DNA of 36,367 nt from an uncultured Terricaulis sp. (GTDB lineage Bacteria > Pseudomonadota > Alphaproteobacteria > Caulobacterales > Aquidulcibacteraceae): the NCBI GenBank assembly GCA_964423825.1, contig CAYRHK010000001.1:1-36367 (forward strand), given 5' to 3'. The number at the start of each line of letters is the position of its first letter. Within the stretch, counting starts at the first letter, position 1. The notes under the pieces were generated by a model. It had not been told where the DNA came from and ran no database searches. It saw only the letters and a program-made list of their open reading frames with translations. The translations under genes were made by a program, and so were the position numbers. Shown here piece after piece: positions 17,122 to 26,500 of the stretch.

Positions 17122-19247
17122 TAGGACTTCGATTGATAGAAGTAGAGCGAGTCCGAATAGGACTGCCAATGAGGCAATACACAATTGAGCGCCACGCCCA
17201 GCACCTTGCCGCCGGCGCCTTCAGTTTGCGCAATGGCCGATTTCACCGCCCCGATCGCCGAACGGCCAGCCCGGGCCACGACCACGGTCGTGTCGGCATG
17301 CTTCACTAGTACGCGCGTCTCAGCGACCGCCAGGATCGGCGCGCAATCGAGGATCACCAGGTCGTAGGCGCCCCGGAGGTCGTTCACGAGGCGCTCCATG
17401 GCGTCGGACCCGAAAACGTCGCGTGGTGTGAAGCCCGAGGCGGCGACCGGCAGAATGTGCGCGTCTGACGCGGGATCCTGCACGATCGCCGCACGCCATG
17501 GCGCCTCGCCGGCGAGCACCTGCAGAATGCCAACGTCGGTCTCGATGTCGACGACGTCATTGATTGATTGCTTGCGTAGATCGCAATCGACGACCACCAC
17601 CCGCTGACCCGACATCGCCGCCACGCGCGCCAAGCACATCGAGATGGTTGTCTTGCCTTCGTCGGGCAAAGCTGACGTGATCGCTACGACTTTCACCGAG
17701 AAATCGAGCTTGGAATAGACGATTACTGTGCGCAGGACGCGCAGCGCTTCGGCGAAAGCCGACATTGGTCGCCCAATTAGATAGCCCGAAGGGTGGCGAT
17801 CGGATGGCGGCAGTTGACGCATCATGGTCCGCGAGATCGTGGGAATCGAGGCAATAGCGGGGTGGCCGACACGCGCTTCGAGGTCTTCGGCGTTCTTCAC
17901 GGATTGGTCGAACATCTCAAGCGCGATGCCGACCGCGACCCCCAACAACAACCCAGCAGCGATCGCCAGCGCCAACGCCACGCGCAACTGCGGCGAAGAG
18001 GGGCGCGTTGGCACCGAGGCGTAGTTCATCAACCGTGCGTCGGAGGTATTCAACTGATCCTGGTCCGCGATCTCTTGGTAGCGTTGCAGATAGCTCTCGT
18101 AGACCTCGCGGCTCGCCGTTGCTTCCCGTTCCAGTTCGCGCAGCCGCACGCTTTCGGCGGAATTGTTCGAAAGATCGCCCGTTGCGTCCGACAAGGAGTT
18201 CTGCAGCGTCTGCAATCGCGCGCGCGCCACGGCGACTTCATTGGCGAGGTTCGCCGAGATGCGCTGAATTTCGCGCTGGATTTGCGCTTCGAGTTCGACG
18301 CGTTCGGCGCGCACCGCCTGCACCGCGGGATGAGTTTCAAGATAACGATTCTCAAGATCCGATTGCCGCCGTGCGATTTCCGCATCGCGATCGCGCAAAC
18401 TGCGGATCGTCTCCGAATTCATGGCGTTGCCGATGGTCTCTAGCGAGGCGTTCGAACCGCGAAGGTCCTGCAGTTGGCGCAGTCGCGCCTCGCGCTCTGC
18501 GAGATCTGCTTGAGCCTGCAAAACCTGGGTCTGAATGTTCGTGATCTGCTGTTCGACCAGAGACGAGCCCTGGGCCGCCATCAGGCCGGATTCGATCCGG
18601 AACATCTCGGCAGCGCGCTCTTTCTCCTGCACATCTTCGCGCAGCTCAGCCAAGCGGCGGGCGAGCCACGAATTGGCGCGTTGCGAGGTGTCCACTCGCG
18701 CGTTGATCTGGCTTTCGATGTAAACGTCGGCGTAGGTGTTGGCGATGAGCTGCGCCCGTTCCGGATCGGGCGAACGCGCCGTGATTTCGATCACGTAGGT
18801 GAGGCCGCGACGTCGCACTTCGATTGAGCTGAGCAGCCCGTAAATCACCGCCTGCCGGGCGCCTTCGTCGCCGTTGACCTCCATGCCCAAAGCCTCCGCC
18901 AGCTCATCCATCAGCGCGGGCGAGCGCAGCAGTTCGATTTCGGAATCGATCGCCGAGGAGTCTCGCGGCATTGCTCCCACCACCGCTTCGTCGGCATCGA
19001 CGACGCGCTCTTGCCTTGAGTTGATCGCGAGCAACGAGGTGGCGCTATAGGTCGGGGTGCGCAGCATCAGAAACGTGAACACCGCTGCGGCGACGGCCAG
19101 CCCGACCGCACCCATGACCAGCGCACGCCGCCGCAACATCGCAATTGCCGCGTTAAGCCCGAAAATTTCGGCGAGCGTCTGCGGCTGCGACGAGCCCGGC
19201 GGATACCCCGGCGGGACGGCTGATCCATCAATCGCGCTTGTCGTCAT
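17106..19247 (-). CDS. wzc: Polysaccharide co-polymerase / tyrosine autokinase (Wzc/ExoP)
   Basis: TM, coiled-coil periplasmic domain, TM. Motifs EALRVLR, Walker A SALPDEGKTT, VDCDLR and LVILDCAP. Tyr-rich tail SYSDSLYFYQSKSYY. Alternative GTG start at 19259. Confidence 0.93.
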   Translation of the reverse strand: MTTSAIDGSAVPPGYPPGSSQPQTLAEIFGLNAAIAMLRRRALVMGAVGLAVAAAVFTFLMLRTPTYSATSLLAINSRQERVVDADEAVVGAMPRDSSAIDSEIELLRSPALMDELAEALGMEVNGDEGARQAVIYGLLSSIEVRRRGLTYVIEITARSPDPERAQLIANTYADVYIESQINARVDTSQRANSWLARRLAELREDVQEKERAAEMFRIESGLMAAQGSSLVEQQITNIQTQVLQAQADLAEREARLRQLQDLRGSNASLETIGNAMNSETIRSLRDRDAEIARRQSDLENRYLETHPAVQAVRAERVELEAQIQREIQRISANLANEVAVARARLQTLQNSLSDATGDLSNNSAESVRLRELEREATASREVYESYLQRYQEIADQDQLNTSDARLMNYASVPTRPSSPQLRVALALAIAAGLLLGVAVGIALEMFDQSVKNAEDLEARVGHPAIASIPTISRTMMRQLPPSDRHPSGYLIGRPMSAFAEALRVLRTVIVYSKLDFSVKVVAITSALPDEGKTTISMCLARVAAMSGQRVVVVDCDLRKQSINDVVDIETDVGILQVLAGEAPWRAAIVQDPASDAHILPVAASGFTPRDVFGSDAMERLVNDLRGAYDLVILDCAPILAVAETRVLVKHADTTVVVARAGRSAIGAVKSAIAQTEGAGGKVLGVALNCVLPHWQSYSDSLYFYQSKSYYSVS

Positions 19248-19381
19248 CTTAACCACCACAGCCTCAGCGTTTTTGCGCTGGTCGCCACGTCAAATCCGAC
19301 TGCCATGCCAAGCTAGCACAGCGTGCTGCTCGGCAAGTCCTTCAACCACCCCAATGCATGCCCTGCGCCGGGCGGGCATCG

Positions 19382-19939
19382 TTAAAAGAACCGTTCTCCA
19401 ATCCGGATTGTGTCGCCGGGGGATACGGGAGTGGTCGTGTTGAGACGATAGGGCCGCTCTTCCGCCTCGTTCGCGTGCCGAATGAAGACGCGCCGTCTGT
19501 TCGCCCGATAGGTAAACCCGCCCGCCGTCGCCACCGCGTTGAGGACGGTGAGGTCAGCGGAGTAGGGATAAGTTCCTGGTCGTTGCACTTCGCCCAAGAT
19601 AAAGAACGGCCGGTAATTCGCCACCTCGACGCTGACATTCGGGTTCCGCAGGTATTCCTGAAGCGCTGTCCGAAGCGCTTCGGTAAACTCAGCTACGGTC
19701 AATCCCACGGCGGCAATCTCGCCGACCAGGGGGTATGCAATGGTGCCTTGGGAGCCAACCAGAAACTCGCCCGTGAGGTCGGGCTCGCCAAACACGGTCA
19801 CGCGCAGCTGGTCCCCCGATCCCAGCCGGTATTCGCTCGGCTGTACGGGTTGGTCCTGCGCCGCCGCGACCCCGGAAAAGCCGGCGGAAATTGCGCCGAG
19901 CCCGATCAGGACGCCGCGCCTTGTGTGCCAAACTGACAT
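19382..19939 (-). CDS. wza: Short OPX (Wza/ExoF-like) polysaccharide export protein, 185 aa
   Basis: Poly_export motif YRLGSGDQLRVTVFGE..GTIAYPLVG plus one SLBB domain (GEVQRPG..AVATAGGFT). Ends PGDTIRIGERFF. ATG 19939 follows a GAGGTGAGG RBS. Confidence 0.9.
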   Translation of the reverse strand: MSVWHTRRGVLIGLGAISAGFSGVAAAQDQPVQPSEYRLGSGDQLRVTVFGEPDLTGEFLVGSQGTIAYPLVGEIAAVGLTVAEFTEALRTALQEYLRNPNVSVEVANYRPFFILGEVQRPGTYPYSADLTVLNAVATAGGFTYRANRRRVFIRHANEAEERPYRLNTTTPVSPGDTIRIGERFF

Positions 19940-20000
19940 GAGCCTCACCTCAGGCGTATATCGCGCTTTATTTACCAAGCCGCAAGCGCGCCCCAGCGCC

Positions 20001-20948
20001 TCACGCACCGCGCAGTCGCCCTGCAAGGGCCATTCCGCGCCGCCAGATTTCCCGAAGGGCGCACTGCGCCACAAATAGGCTCGCTTGGGGGCTGCGGAAG
20101 GCCGATAGCGCGCGGCGCACATCGCCAGCCTTGCTTGCCTCCGCAAACCGGCTCCATTGTAGGCGGCGATCGACGAAATCCCAGTGTTGTCGCAGCGCGC
20201 GCGCTTCTCCACGACTAAGCTGCCGGATCGCCGAAATGTCGCGGTGATTGTCCCGGTGCGCAGCGAGTTCGGTCGAGCCGTGAGCTTTGCTGAGCGAACC
20301 CTCGCGTTCGACGGACACATAGCCCGCCGGCCCGCCAAGTAGGAAGCGCGCACCATGTGCAAGCGCCCGTGCGTAGAGGTCGAAATCCTCGCCGAGCCGC
20401 ATGTCTTCGTTGTAGCGTAAGCCCTTATCCCTAAGGAACGAGCGTCGCATGAGCGGCTTCAGGAAGCCGAAGTTGAGTTGGTCCCTGGACCGGCCCAGGT
20501 CCCCCAACAGAAAGGTCTCGAGATCGATCTTGATCGGCGAGAGCGGCGTGCTCACTCCTAGGGGCAGTTCGCGATCCTTAACGCGAATGAGCGTGTCGGC
20601 GATGAAGTCGGCTTCTGCAGCGACCGCCAACAGCGCCGCCAACCTGCCCGAGAGTAAGTAATCATCAGCGTCGAGTACGCCGATCCATGGCGCGCTTGTT
20701 GCGGCGATCCCCGCGTTGCGCGCCGACGCGGGTCCTGCGTTCCGTGGCTGCCTGATGACGATAACCCGGCCATCGGCGTCCGCCCACGCTTGCGCCCTGG
20801 CGGCCGTGTCGTCGATTGAACCATCGTCGACCACGCAGACTTCAGCGGCCTCAGGCTGCGCCAGCGCCGACTTTATCGCACGATCAAGGGTCAAGCCGGC
20901 GTTGTACGCGGCGATTAAGATAGCTACTTGGCGGTGATTAGCGTCCAT
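20001..20948 (-). CDS. exoU: GT2 glucosyltransferase, ExoU-like
   Basis: ALAQPEAAEVCVVDDGS, GPASARN, GVLDADD, DFIAD and GFLKPLMRRSFL...LRYNE.MRLGEDFDLYARALAHGAR closely follow recalled rhizobial ExoU. Start at ATG 20948. Confidence 0.82.
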   Translation of the reverse strand: MDANHRQVAILIAAYNAGLTLDRAIKSALAQPEAAEVCVVDDGSIDDTAARAQAWADADGRVIVIRQPRNAGPASARNAGIAATSAPWIGVLDADDYLLSGRLAALLAVAAEADFIADTLIRVKDRELPLGVSTPLSPIKIDLETFLLGDLGRSRDQLNFGFLKPLMRRSFLRDKGLRYNEDMRLGEDFDLYARALAHGARFLLGGPAGYVSVEREGSLSKAHGSTELAAHRDNHRDISAIRQLSRGEARALRQHWDFVDRRLQWSRFAEASKAGDVRRALSAFRSPQASLFVAQCALREIWRRGMALAGRLRGA

Positions 20949-21015
20949 ATGAGCGAGAGGTTTTGCCGGATTGGACGCGCCTTGCAAGCGAGCGGCCAAG
21001 GATCGGGGGACGGTG

Positions 21016-22065
21016 ATGACGGCCAAAGGCGCTGAAAGCGGGCGCTACGTCGTACTCGACGGCCTCCGAGGTCTGGCGGCGTTATGCGTCATCACCGACC
21101 ATATCGATGCGGGGTTCCTTTCCACTGCCCTGCCGGGGCGCTACCTAGCCGTTGACTTCTTCTTTGTGTTGAGCGGTTTTGTGCTCTCGCATGTCTATTC
21201 CGAGCGCTTGGCCGCAGGCATGAGCGTGTTCGGGTTCATGCGCGTACGCCTAGTCCGTCTTTATCCGTTGTACCTGGTTGGACTTCTCGTCGGTTTCGGT
21301 CTCTCGCTTGTGCAAGTCATCAGGTGGGGGATGCACCCCGCCGAAACTCTAGGTCCTCCGCTTGTTCTCAACCTCCTTATGTTGCCGTCGCCGCTAGGGT
21401 TGACCTACCCATTCGACGCGCCAGCATGGTCGCTTTTCTTCGAACTCGTCGCGAACGTGGTGTTTGCGGCTCTCTTCGTGCGCCTGTCGCCGCGGGCGTT
21501 GTGGGTGATCGTGCTCGCGAGCGCGCTCGCGCTCGCGGCGTGTGCGACCGTCTTCGACAAGCTCGATGGCGGTTGGATTCCGGAGAACTTCGTTGTCGGG
21601 TTCCCGCGGGTGTTCTTTGGCTTTTTTGCGGGCGTGCTGATTCACCGCGCGAGCCAGCACATGATTTTGCCCGCGCTCCCCAGTTGGATGGCTTACATTC
21701 TGCTCCTCGCCCTGCTTGCGGTTCCAACGATCGGACCCAATCGTGCTTGGACCGACCTTTTCGTGATCGCGCTCGGCTGTCCGGCGTTGCTGGCGCTTTC
21801 CACGGGCGCCCGGGCCTCGGGGCGATTGGAGAGTGCGCTAGGCTGGGTCGGCGCCATGTCGTACGGCGTCTATGTGCTGCATGTGCCGATCATCGGTTGG
21901 CTGGGGGCCGCGCTGCGAGCTCTCGCGCCCTCGCTCGAAGTGCCGGGTCTCGCGCTGTTCATACTGGTGGCGAGCCTAGCGCTGGCGGGTGCGGCATTCT
22001 TGGATAAACTGTACGACAAACCAGTACGCGCGTGGCTCACGCGCCGGTTCGCAGTGCGCTCCTAG
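21016..22065 (+). CDS. Acyltransferase family 3 (membrane O-acyltransferase)
   Basis: LDGLRGLAALCV..DH, AVDFFFVLSGFVL, RLVRLYP, WSLFFE and SYGVYVLH, with many TMs. ATG 21016 after GGGGGA. Confidence 0.92.
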   Translation: MTAKGAESGRYVVLDGLRGLAALCVITDHIDAGFLSTALPGRYLAVDFFFVLSGFVLSHVYSERLAAGMSVFGFMRVRLVRLYPLYLVGLLVGFGLSLVQVIRWGMHPAETLGPPLVLNLLMLPSPLGLTYPFDAPAWSLFFELVANVVFAALFVRLSPRALWVIVLASALALAACATVFDKLDGGWIPENFVVGFPRVFFGFFAGVLIHRASQHMILPALPSWMAYILLLALLAVPTIGPNRAWTDLFVIALGCPALLALSTGARASGRLESALGWVGAMSYGVYVLHVPIIGWLGAALRALAPSLEVPGLALFILVASLALAGAAFLDKLYDKPVRAWLTRRFAVRS

Positions 22066-22961
22066 TCCGTTGCGGCCGTTGCCGGATGCCGGGCGTAGTC
22101 GCGCCGTATGCGCGCCGCGATGTCGAGTAGACGCTGTGCTCGGTCGGTCAGAACCGCCTCGTCGCTCAGGTGCGTAGGTCCTGTCGCCGCCTGCGCCAGC
22201 GCCCCGGCCGCCGCCTGCAACGCAACCCGATCCACCGCGCCGGCGATGGCGCCCTTGAGTCCGCCTTCCAACGGCGCACGATCGAGCCCAATCGCGCCGA
22301 ACCTCAGCTCCCGCAACGATGAGCCGGCGAAGCGTTGAAAGCGCAAGTCGATGTCGAGCGAACGCGCCCAATCGGACCACTTCATGTGATGCGCCTTGTC
22401 GATGGGCCGCAACGCAATCCACGGCACGCGAAGCGCGTCCGCAACGATGGCGCCATGCATCGCCTCCGTAAGCAGCTTTGCGCTCGCTTGGAGTTGATCC
22501 ATAACGGCCTCGACGGGAAGGCGCGGGTCGATGAAATGTATGCCAGCCAACCCGCATGCCCGCTGCCACTGCCCGCGTTCGATGCTCTCGTAGTGCGGCA
22601 TGAACGAGCATGCGTGGATCTTCGGGCGCGTGGCAGGCCTGAATTCCCGGAGAAGAATGGCGGGGTCGCAAACGGCAAGGCTAGGGTCGAGGCCAAGCAA
22701 TTCAGCCGTCTGAGGGCCGCGTACGCAGTAGATACGCCACGTATCGTCAAGCTTGGGCGCACTGTAGTAGGCGCCATAACCAGAGCCGAACACGACCTTC
22801 TGAGCTTCAGTCGGATAGCGCGCATCGAGAATGGAGCCGATTGGGAGAAGAAGCGGCGGTTTTTCGTCGAAGAAATCGGGGCCAAACACCCTCGGCATCA
22901 GCCAATCATTGAGTTCGTCGCCGAAGTTCGGCACGACATCGCGACTGATGTATAGCTTCAT
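22062..22961 (-). CDS. exoV: Polysaccharide pyruvyltransferase, ExoV-like
   Basis: NFGDELN, IGSIL, VFGSGYG, CVRGPQTA, DPA, FMPH, EAMHGAIVADALRVPW and KWSDW. Start at ATG 22961; the ORF-track extension overlaps the flippase. Confidence 0.85.
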   Translation of the reverse strand: MKLYISRDVVPNFGDELNDWLMPRVFGPDFFDEKPPLLLPIGSILDARYPTEAQKVVFGSGYGAYYSAPKLDDTWRIYCVRGPQTAELLGLDPSLAVCDPAILLREFRPATRPKIHACSFMPHYESIERGQWQRACGLAGIHFIDPRLPVEAVMDQLQASAKLLTEAMHGAIVADALRVPWIALRPIDKAHHMKWSDWARSLDIDLRFQRFAGSSLRELRFGAIGLDRAPLEGGLKGAIAGAVDRVALQAAAGALAQAATGPTHLSDEAVLTDRAQRLLDIAARIRRDYARHPATAATD

Positions 22962-22968
22962 GTCGCAC

Positions 22969-24456
22969 TCACGCTTGAAGTTGTTCATCGCCGGAAAGGC
23001 GACGGCGTACATGCGCCACCATGTCGAGCAGTTCTCGCACCGGGCCTGCTGGCTTGCCCGTCGCTTGCCAAAGCCCAAACATCGCCAGCGCGTATGTCGC
23101 GGCCCCGGAAAAGACGAGCAGCGCCAGGTGCGGTATCGTCGCTTGCGCCAAGCCAAAGGTCGAGAGTCCCGCGACAACCGCCGCCATCGCCGCCGTTGAC
23201 GCAAACGTCCGCCAGTTGTTGACGATCTGGGTAAGAAACGCCGCGCCGATCGCGCGCTGCACCAGCACCAAATCGAGCGCGACAACGAGAACGCCGCTGA
23301 TACACCGCGCGAGCACCAGCCCCACGAAACCGCCGGTGAACACCCCGATAATGATCGCCGGCATCCTTACACAGAAGAAGATCACGTCGCGGATAAAGAC
23401 GAGCCGCGTCTGCTTCAGCGCCATGGCGACCGCGCTGAACGGCGCCGAAAGTGACTGCAGCGCCAAGACCCCGCTGAGCGCTTGAACCACGAACGCTGCT
23501 TGCGCCCATTGCGGCCCGAGCGCCAGCGTCACTAAAGGGTGCGCTATCAGCGCAAATCCCGCGCCGACCGGTAACCCCACCGCGACCAACAGGCGCTGCG
23601 CCCTCAAGAAAGCGGCGCGGAGCCGCGCGGGCTCGCTCTGCAAGCGCGAAAATGCCGGAAACAGCACCGACGCAATCGGCGCTGTCGCCTCCTGCACCGG
23701 CAGTCGCGCTAGGTTGTTGCCCACATCGTAGTGGCCCAAATCATGAGTGCCAAGCACGCGCCCCATGATCAGCTGATCGGACCGGTAGCTGAATGTGCTG
23801 AGCCCCGTGCTCAGCACCAGCCATACCGAAAACGAGAGGAGATCGCGCGCATGCGAGAAGCTGAGGCGAGGCAAATAGGGTATGAGCGCATAGGATACGA
23901 TGAAGCCCGTAACTTGCCCCGCAACCGATCCTATCACGAGGGCCCAATAGCTCTTGTACGCGATCGCGACCCAAAGCCCCGCGATGAAGCCGATGAGCTT
24001 TGGCGGAACGGATGCGATGAAATCCTGCTTGAACGACAGGCGCCGGTTGAACTCGACGAGCTTCGGATTGGTGAAGCCGCTAAGCGCGGTCGTTGCGCAA
24101 AAGGCGAAGATGACAGCGACGAGCCGCTCGTCGTGGTAGAACGTCGCGATCGGATGGGCGGCTAGCGCCAGGATGCCCGCGATCAGCAGCGCCCGGGCCG
24201 CATTGAGCGTAAACGCAGTGTCGAAATGCGCACGCTCTGGCTCGGGGTGCTGCACGAGGGCCGCCGCGAGCGACATTTCCGTCAAAGCGCCGATAATGAC
24301 AAAGGCCGTGGTCGCGATAGCGACGAGGCCGAAGTCAGTTGGCGTTAAGAGTCGCGCCAACACCAGGGTACTGACCAACGCGATCGCATTGGCGACAATC
24401 CGCGTGCTGGCTGTCCACAGCACGCCTTGCGCGAGGCGCTTACCGACTCCCTCCAT
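22969..24456 (-). CDS. wzx: Wzx flippase (PST family, WzxC/ExoT-like)
   Basis: LARLLTPTDFGLVA, WALVIG, DQLIMGRVLG and LFPAFSRLQ, with about 12-14 TMs. ATG 24456 after AAGGA; alternative GTG at 24474. Confidence 0.92.
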   Translation of the reverse strand: MEGVGKRLAQGVLWTASTRIVANAIALVSTLVLARLLTPTDFGLVAIATTAFVIIGALTEMSLAAALVQHPEPERAHFDTAFTLNAARALLIAGILALAAHPIATFYHDERLVAVIFAFCATTALSGFTNPKLVEFNRRLSFKQDFIASVPPKLIGFIAGLWVAIAYKSYWALVIGSVAGQVTGFIVSYALIPYLPRLSFSHARDLLSFSVWLVLSTGLSTFSYRSDQLIMGRVLGTHDLGHYDVGNNLARLPVQEATAPIASVLFPAFSRLQSEPARLRAAFLRAQRLLVAVGLPVGAGFALIAHPLVTLALGPQWAQAAFVVQALSGVLALQSLSAPFSAVAMALKQTRLVFIRDVIFFCVRMPAIIIGVFTGGFVGLVLARCISGVLVVALDLVLVQRAIGAAFLTQIVNNWRTFASTAAMAAVVAGLSTFGLAQATIPHLALLVFSGAATYALAMFGLWQATGKPAGPVRELLDMVAHVRRRLSGDEQLQA

Positions 24457-24683
24457 CAACTTCGTCCTTGGCACGGGTCAGCTGCGCCTGCGCCGGCTCT
24501 ATACCTCTTTCCGCGCCGACAAAGCAAAAACCGCGCCCCGCAAATTCGCAGTTAATGAAACCGCGCTCGTTGTGGACACTCGGCCCCTGGACTAGTTCTT
24601 GCGTGCGAAGCGGAAGAAATGGGGATCACGGCCGCTATGGTGAAGCTGAGCGAACGAAGCTCTGTTGTGGCGGAGCTCTGCCC

Positions 24684-25598
24684 GTGACCCAGCCTCTCCG
24701 CGTCGCGCTTGGGTTTGACCGCGCCTATGCGCCGCATGCCGCGGCGCTGATTACATCATTGCGGCGGTACACACCGGGCTTGTTTGAGTTTCTCATCCTC
24801 CACGAGGGCGTCGACCGCGTCCTCAAACGCCGTCTTCAGGCCATTGCCCCCGATTGCGGATTCATCTGGCGCGAGATCGGCGACGCCGACGTGCCGGCAA
24901 TGGCCGACCGCGAGCACTTTAGCCGCGCCATTCTCTATCGTTTGGGCTTGGAGCGAATGGCCCCAGCGGAGTGGTCACGCGTCCTTTACCTCGACGTTGA
25001 CATGATCGCCGCCGCTGACGTGACGTCGCTCTGGCGCACCGATTTGGAGGGGGCCGCCCTCGGCGCGGTTCCAGATTGCTACGTTAAACCCGCGACATTC
25101 GCCCAACGTTGGGAATTGTCCGGCGACCCAGCATACTTCAATTCCGGCGTCCTGCTGATCGATCTCGATGTCGTGCGCAGGGATGGCTTATTCACCAAAG
25201 CTATCGAATTTGTTGCCGCCTACGCAAGCGAGGTCCGGTTTACCGATCAGGACGCGCTCAACTTTGCTTGCTGGGCTCGCTGGAAGCGATTGCCGGCGCG
25301 CTGGAACGTTCAGCGCCACATGGTGATCCCGGCGCTGATTGACGAGACTGCGCCCGAGTGTCGCCTCAACGGCGCTGCACCGGCCATTGTTCATTTCACC
25401 GGCCCCGAGAAGCCGTGGCTGAAAGAGGGATACCACCCTTGGGCTTGGCTCTATTGGGACAATCTGCGCCGCACGACATTTTGGCGTGAAGTCATGGCCC
25501 AAAGCGGCGTCGGACTTCTCGGTCAAGCTCGCCTTCTGCAACGCTACGTGCGCGCCCGCTTGCGTCGCAGTCAACCCGACGTCGCTGGGCGATCATGA
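24684..25598 (+). CDS. GT8 glycosyltransferase (copy 1)
   Basis: RVLYLDVD, YFNSGVLLID, DQDALN and HFTGPEKPW. GTG 24684 after GGAG. Confidence 0.9.
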   Translation: MTQPLRVALGFDRAYAPHAAALITSLRRYTPGLFEFLILHEGVDRVLKRRLQAIAPDCGFIWREIGDADVPAMADREHFSRAILYRLGLERMAPAEWSRVLYLDVDMIAAADVTSLWRTDLEGAALGAVPDCYVKPATFAQRWELSGDPAYFNSGVLLIDLDVVRRDGLFTKAIEFVAAYASEVRFTDQDALNFACWARWKRLPARWNVQRHMVIPALIDETAPECRLNGAAPAIVHFTGPEKPWLKEGYHPWAWLYWDNLRRTTFWREVMAQSGVGLLGQARLLQRYVRARLRRSQPDVAGRS

Positions 25599-26500
25599 CC
25601 GCCCCGCCCATCGACATCGCCTTTGGCTTCGACGCCAACTACGCGCCTCACGCCGCCGGCGTCGTGGCCTCGGTGGTTCACCATGCGCCAGACGCCGAGT
25701 TCCGCTTCCTCATTTTGCATGACGGTCTCGTTGAGGGTTTGCGTACAAGAGTCGAGGCCGCCGCGCCCGGCGCGGATTTTGTCTGGCTGCAGTTAGGCGA
25801 GGGCGACCTGCCAGCTTATGCCGGGCAGGGATATATCAACCACAGCACGCTGTTTCGTCTGGGCTTGGAAAAGCTGGCGCCGGCCGACTGCGGTCGCGTG
25901 CTCTACCTCGATGCGGATTTGGGCGTCGCCGGCGATGTGCGCCCACTCTGGGCGGCGGACCTAGGCGACAAGCCGATCGGCGCGGTGATTGATGCGTATA
26001 TCGAGCCGGAATCGCTGGCGGCGCGCTGGGGCCTGCCGGCCGGCGGTCGCTATTTCAACGCGGGGATATTGGTCATCGATCTCGATAAGGTAAGGCGCGA
26101 GCGCCTGTTTTCCCGCGCCGTCGAGTTCATCGCCGAGCATGGCGCCGACTTGCCCTACAACGACCAGGACGCATTGAATTGGGCGTTCTGGAAGAATTGG
26201 CGCGAACTCGATGTCGCCTGGAACGTCCAGCGCTTCATGGCCTTTCCGGAAATCGACCGCACCTTGTCGCGGGATCGGCGATTGGGTGCGCGTGTGCCGC
26301 TGATCGTGCACTTCATGGGCGCCGACAAACCCTGGATGAAGCAGGTTTGGCATCCGTGGGCGTGGCTCTATTGGGATGGCGTACGCCGAACCTCGTTCTT
26401 CGGCGAACTGTCTTCCAAGGTTGGCCGGTGGCGCATCGCGCGCGCGTGGTTTCGCTGGCTTTCGCGGTCGCTGCGTTTGCGCCTGCAGCGCATGCGCTGA
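25595..26500 (+). CDS. GT8 glycosyltransferase (copy 2)
   Basis: RVLYLDAD, YFNAGILVID, DQDALN and HFMGADKPW. ATGA overlap with copy 1. Confidence 0.92.
   Translation: MTAPPIDIAFGFDANYAPHAAGVVASVVHHAPDAEFRFLILHDGLVEGLRTRVEAAAPGADFVWLQLGEGDLPAYAGQGYINHSTLFRLGLEKLAPADCGRVLYLDADLGVAGDVRPLWAADLGDKPIGAVIDAYIEPESLAARWGLPAGGRYFNAGILVIDLDKVRRERLFSRAVEFIAEHGADLPYNDQDALNWAFWKNWRELDVAWNVQRFMAFPEIDRTLSRDRRLGARVPLIVHFMGADKPWMKQVWHPWAWLYWDGVRRTSFFGELSSKVGRWRIARAWFRWLSRSLRLRLQRMR

Noticed and set aside
19358-19379. ATGCCC/GGGCAT hairpin after the wza stop
   Set aside because: Short stem with no U-tract, so not supportable as an intrinsic terminator.
19940-20362. Long N-terminal extensions in the ORF track for wza, exoV, the methyltransferase, the first GT8, pseudo-Wzc and pseudo-PGT
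   Set aside because: They overlap neighbouring genes or promoter regions. Downstream starts mostly have RBSs and match where the family domains begin.
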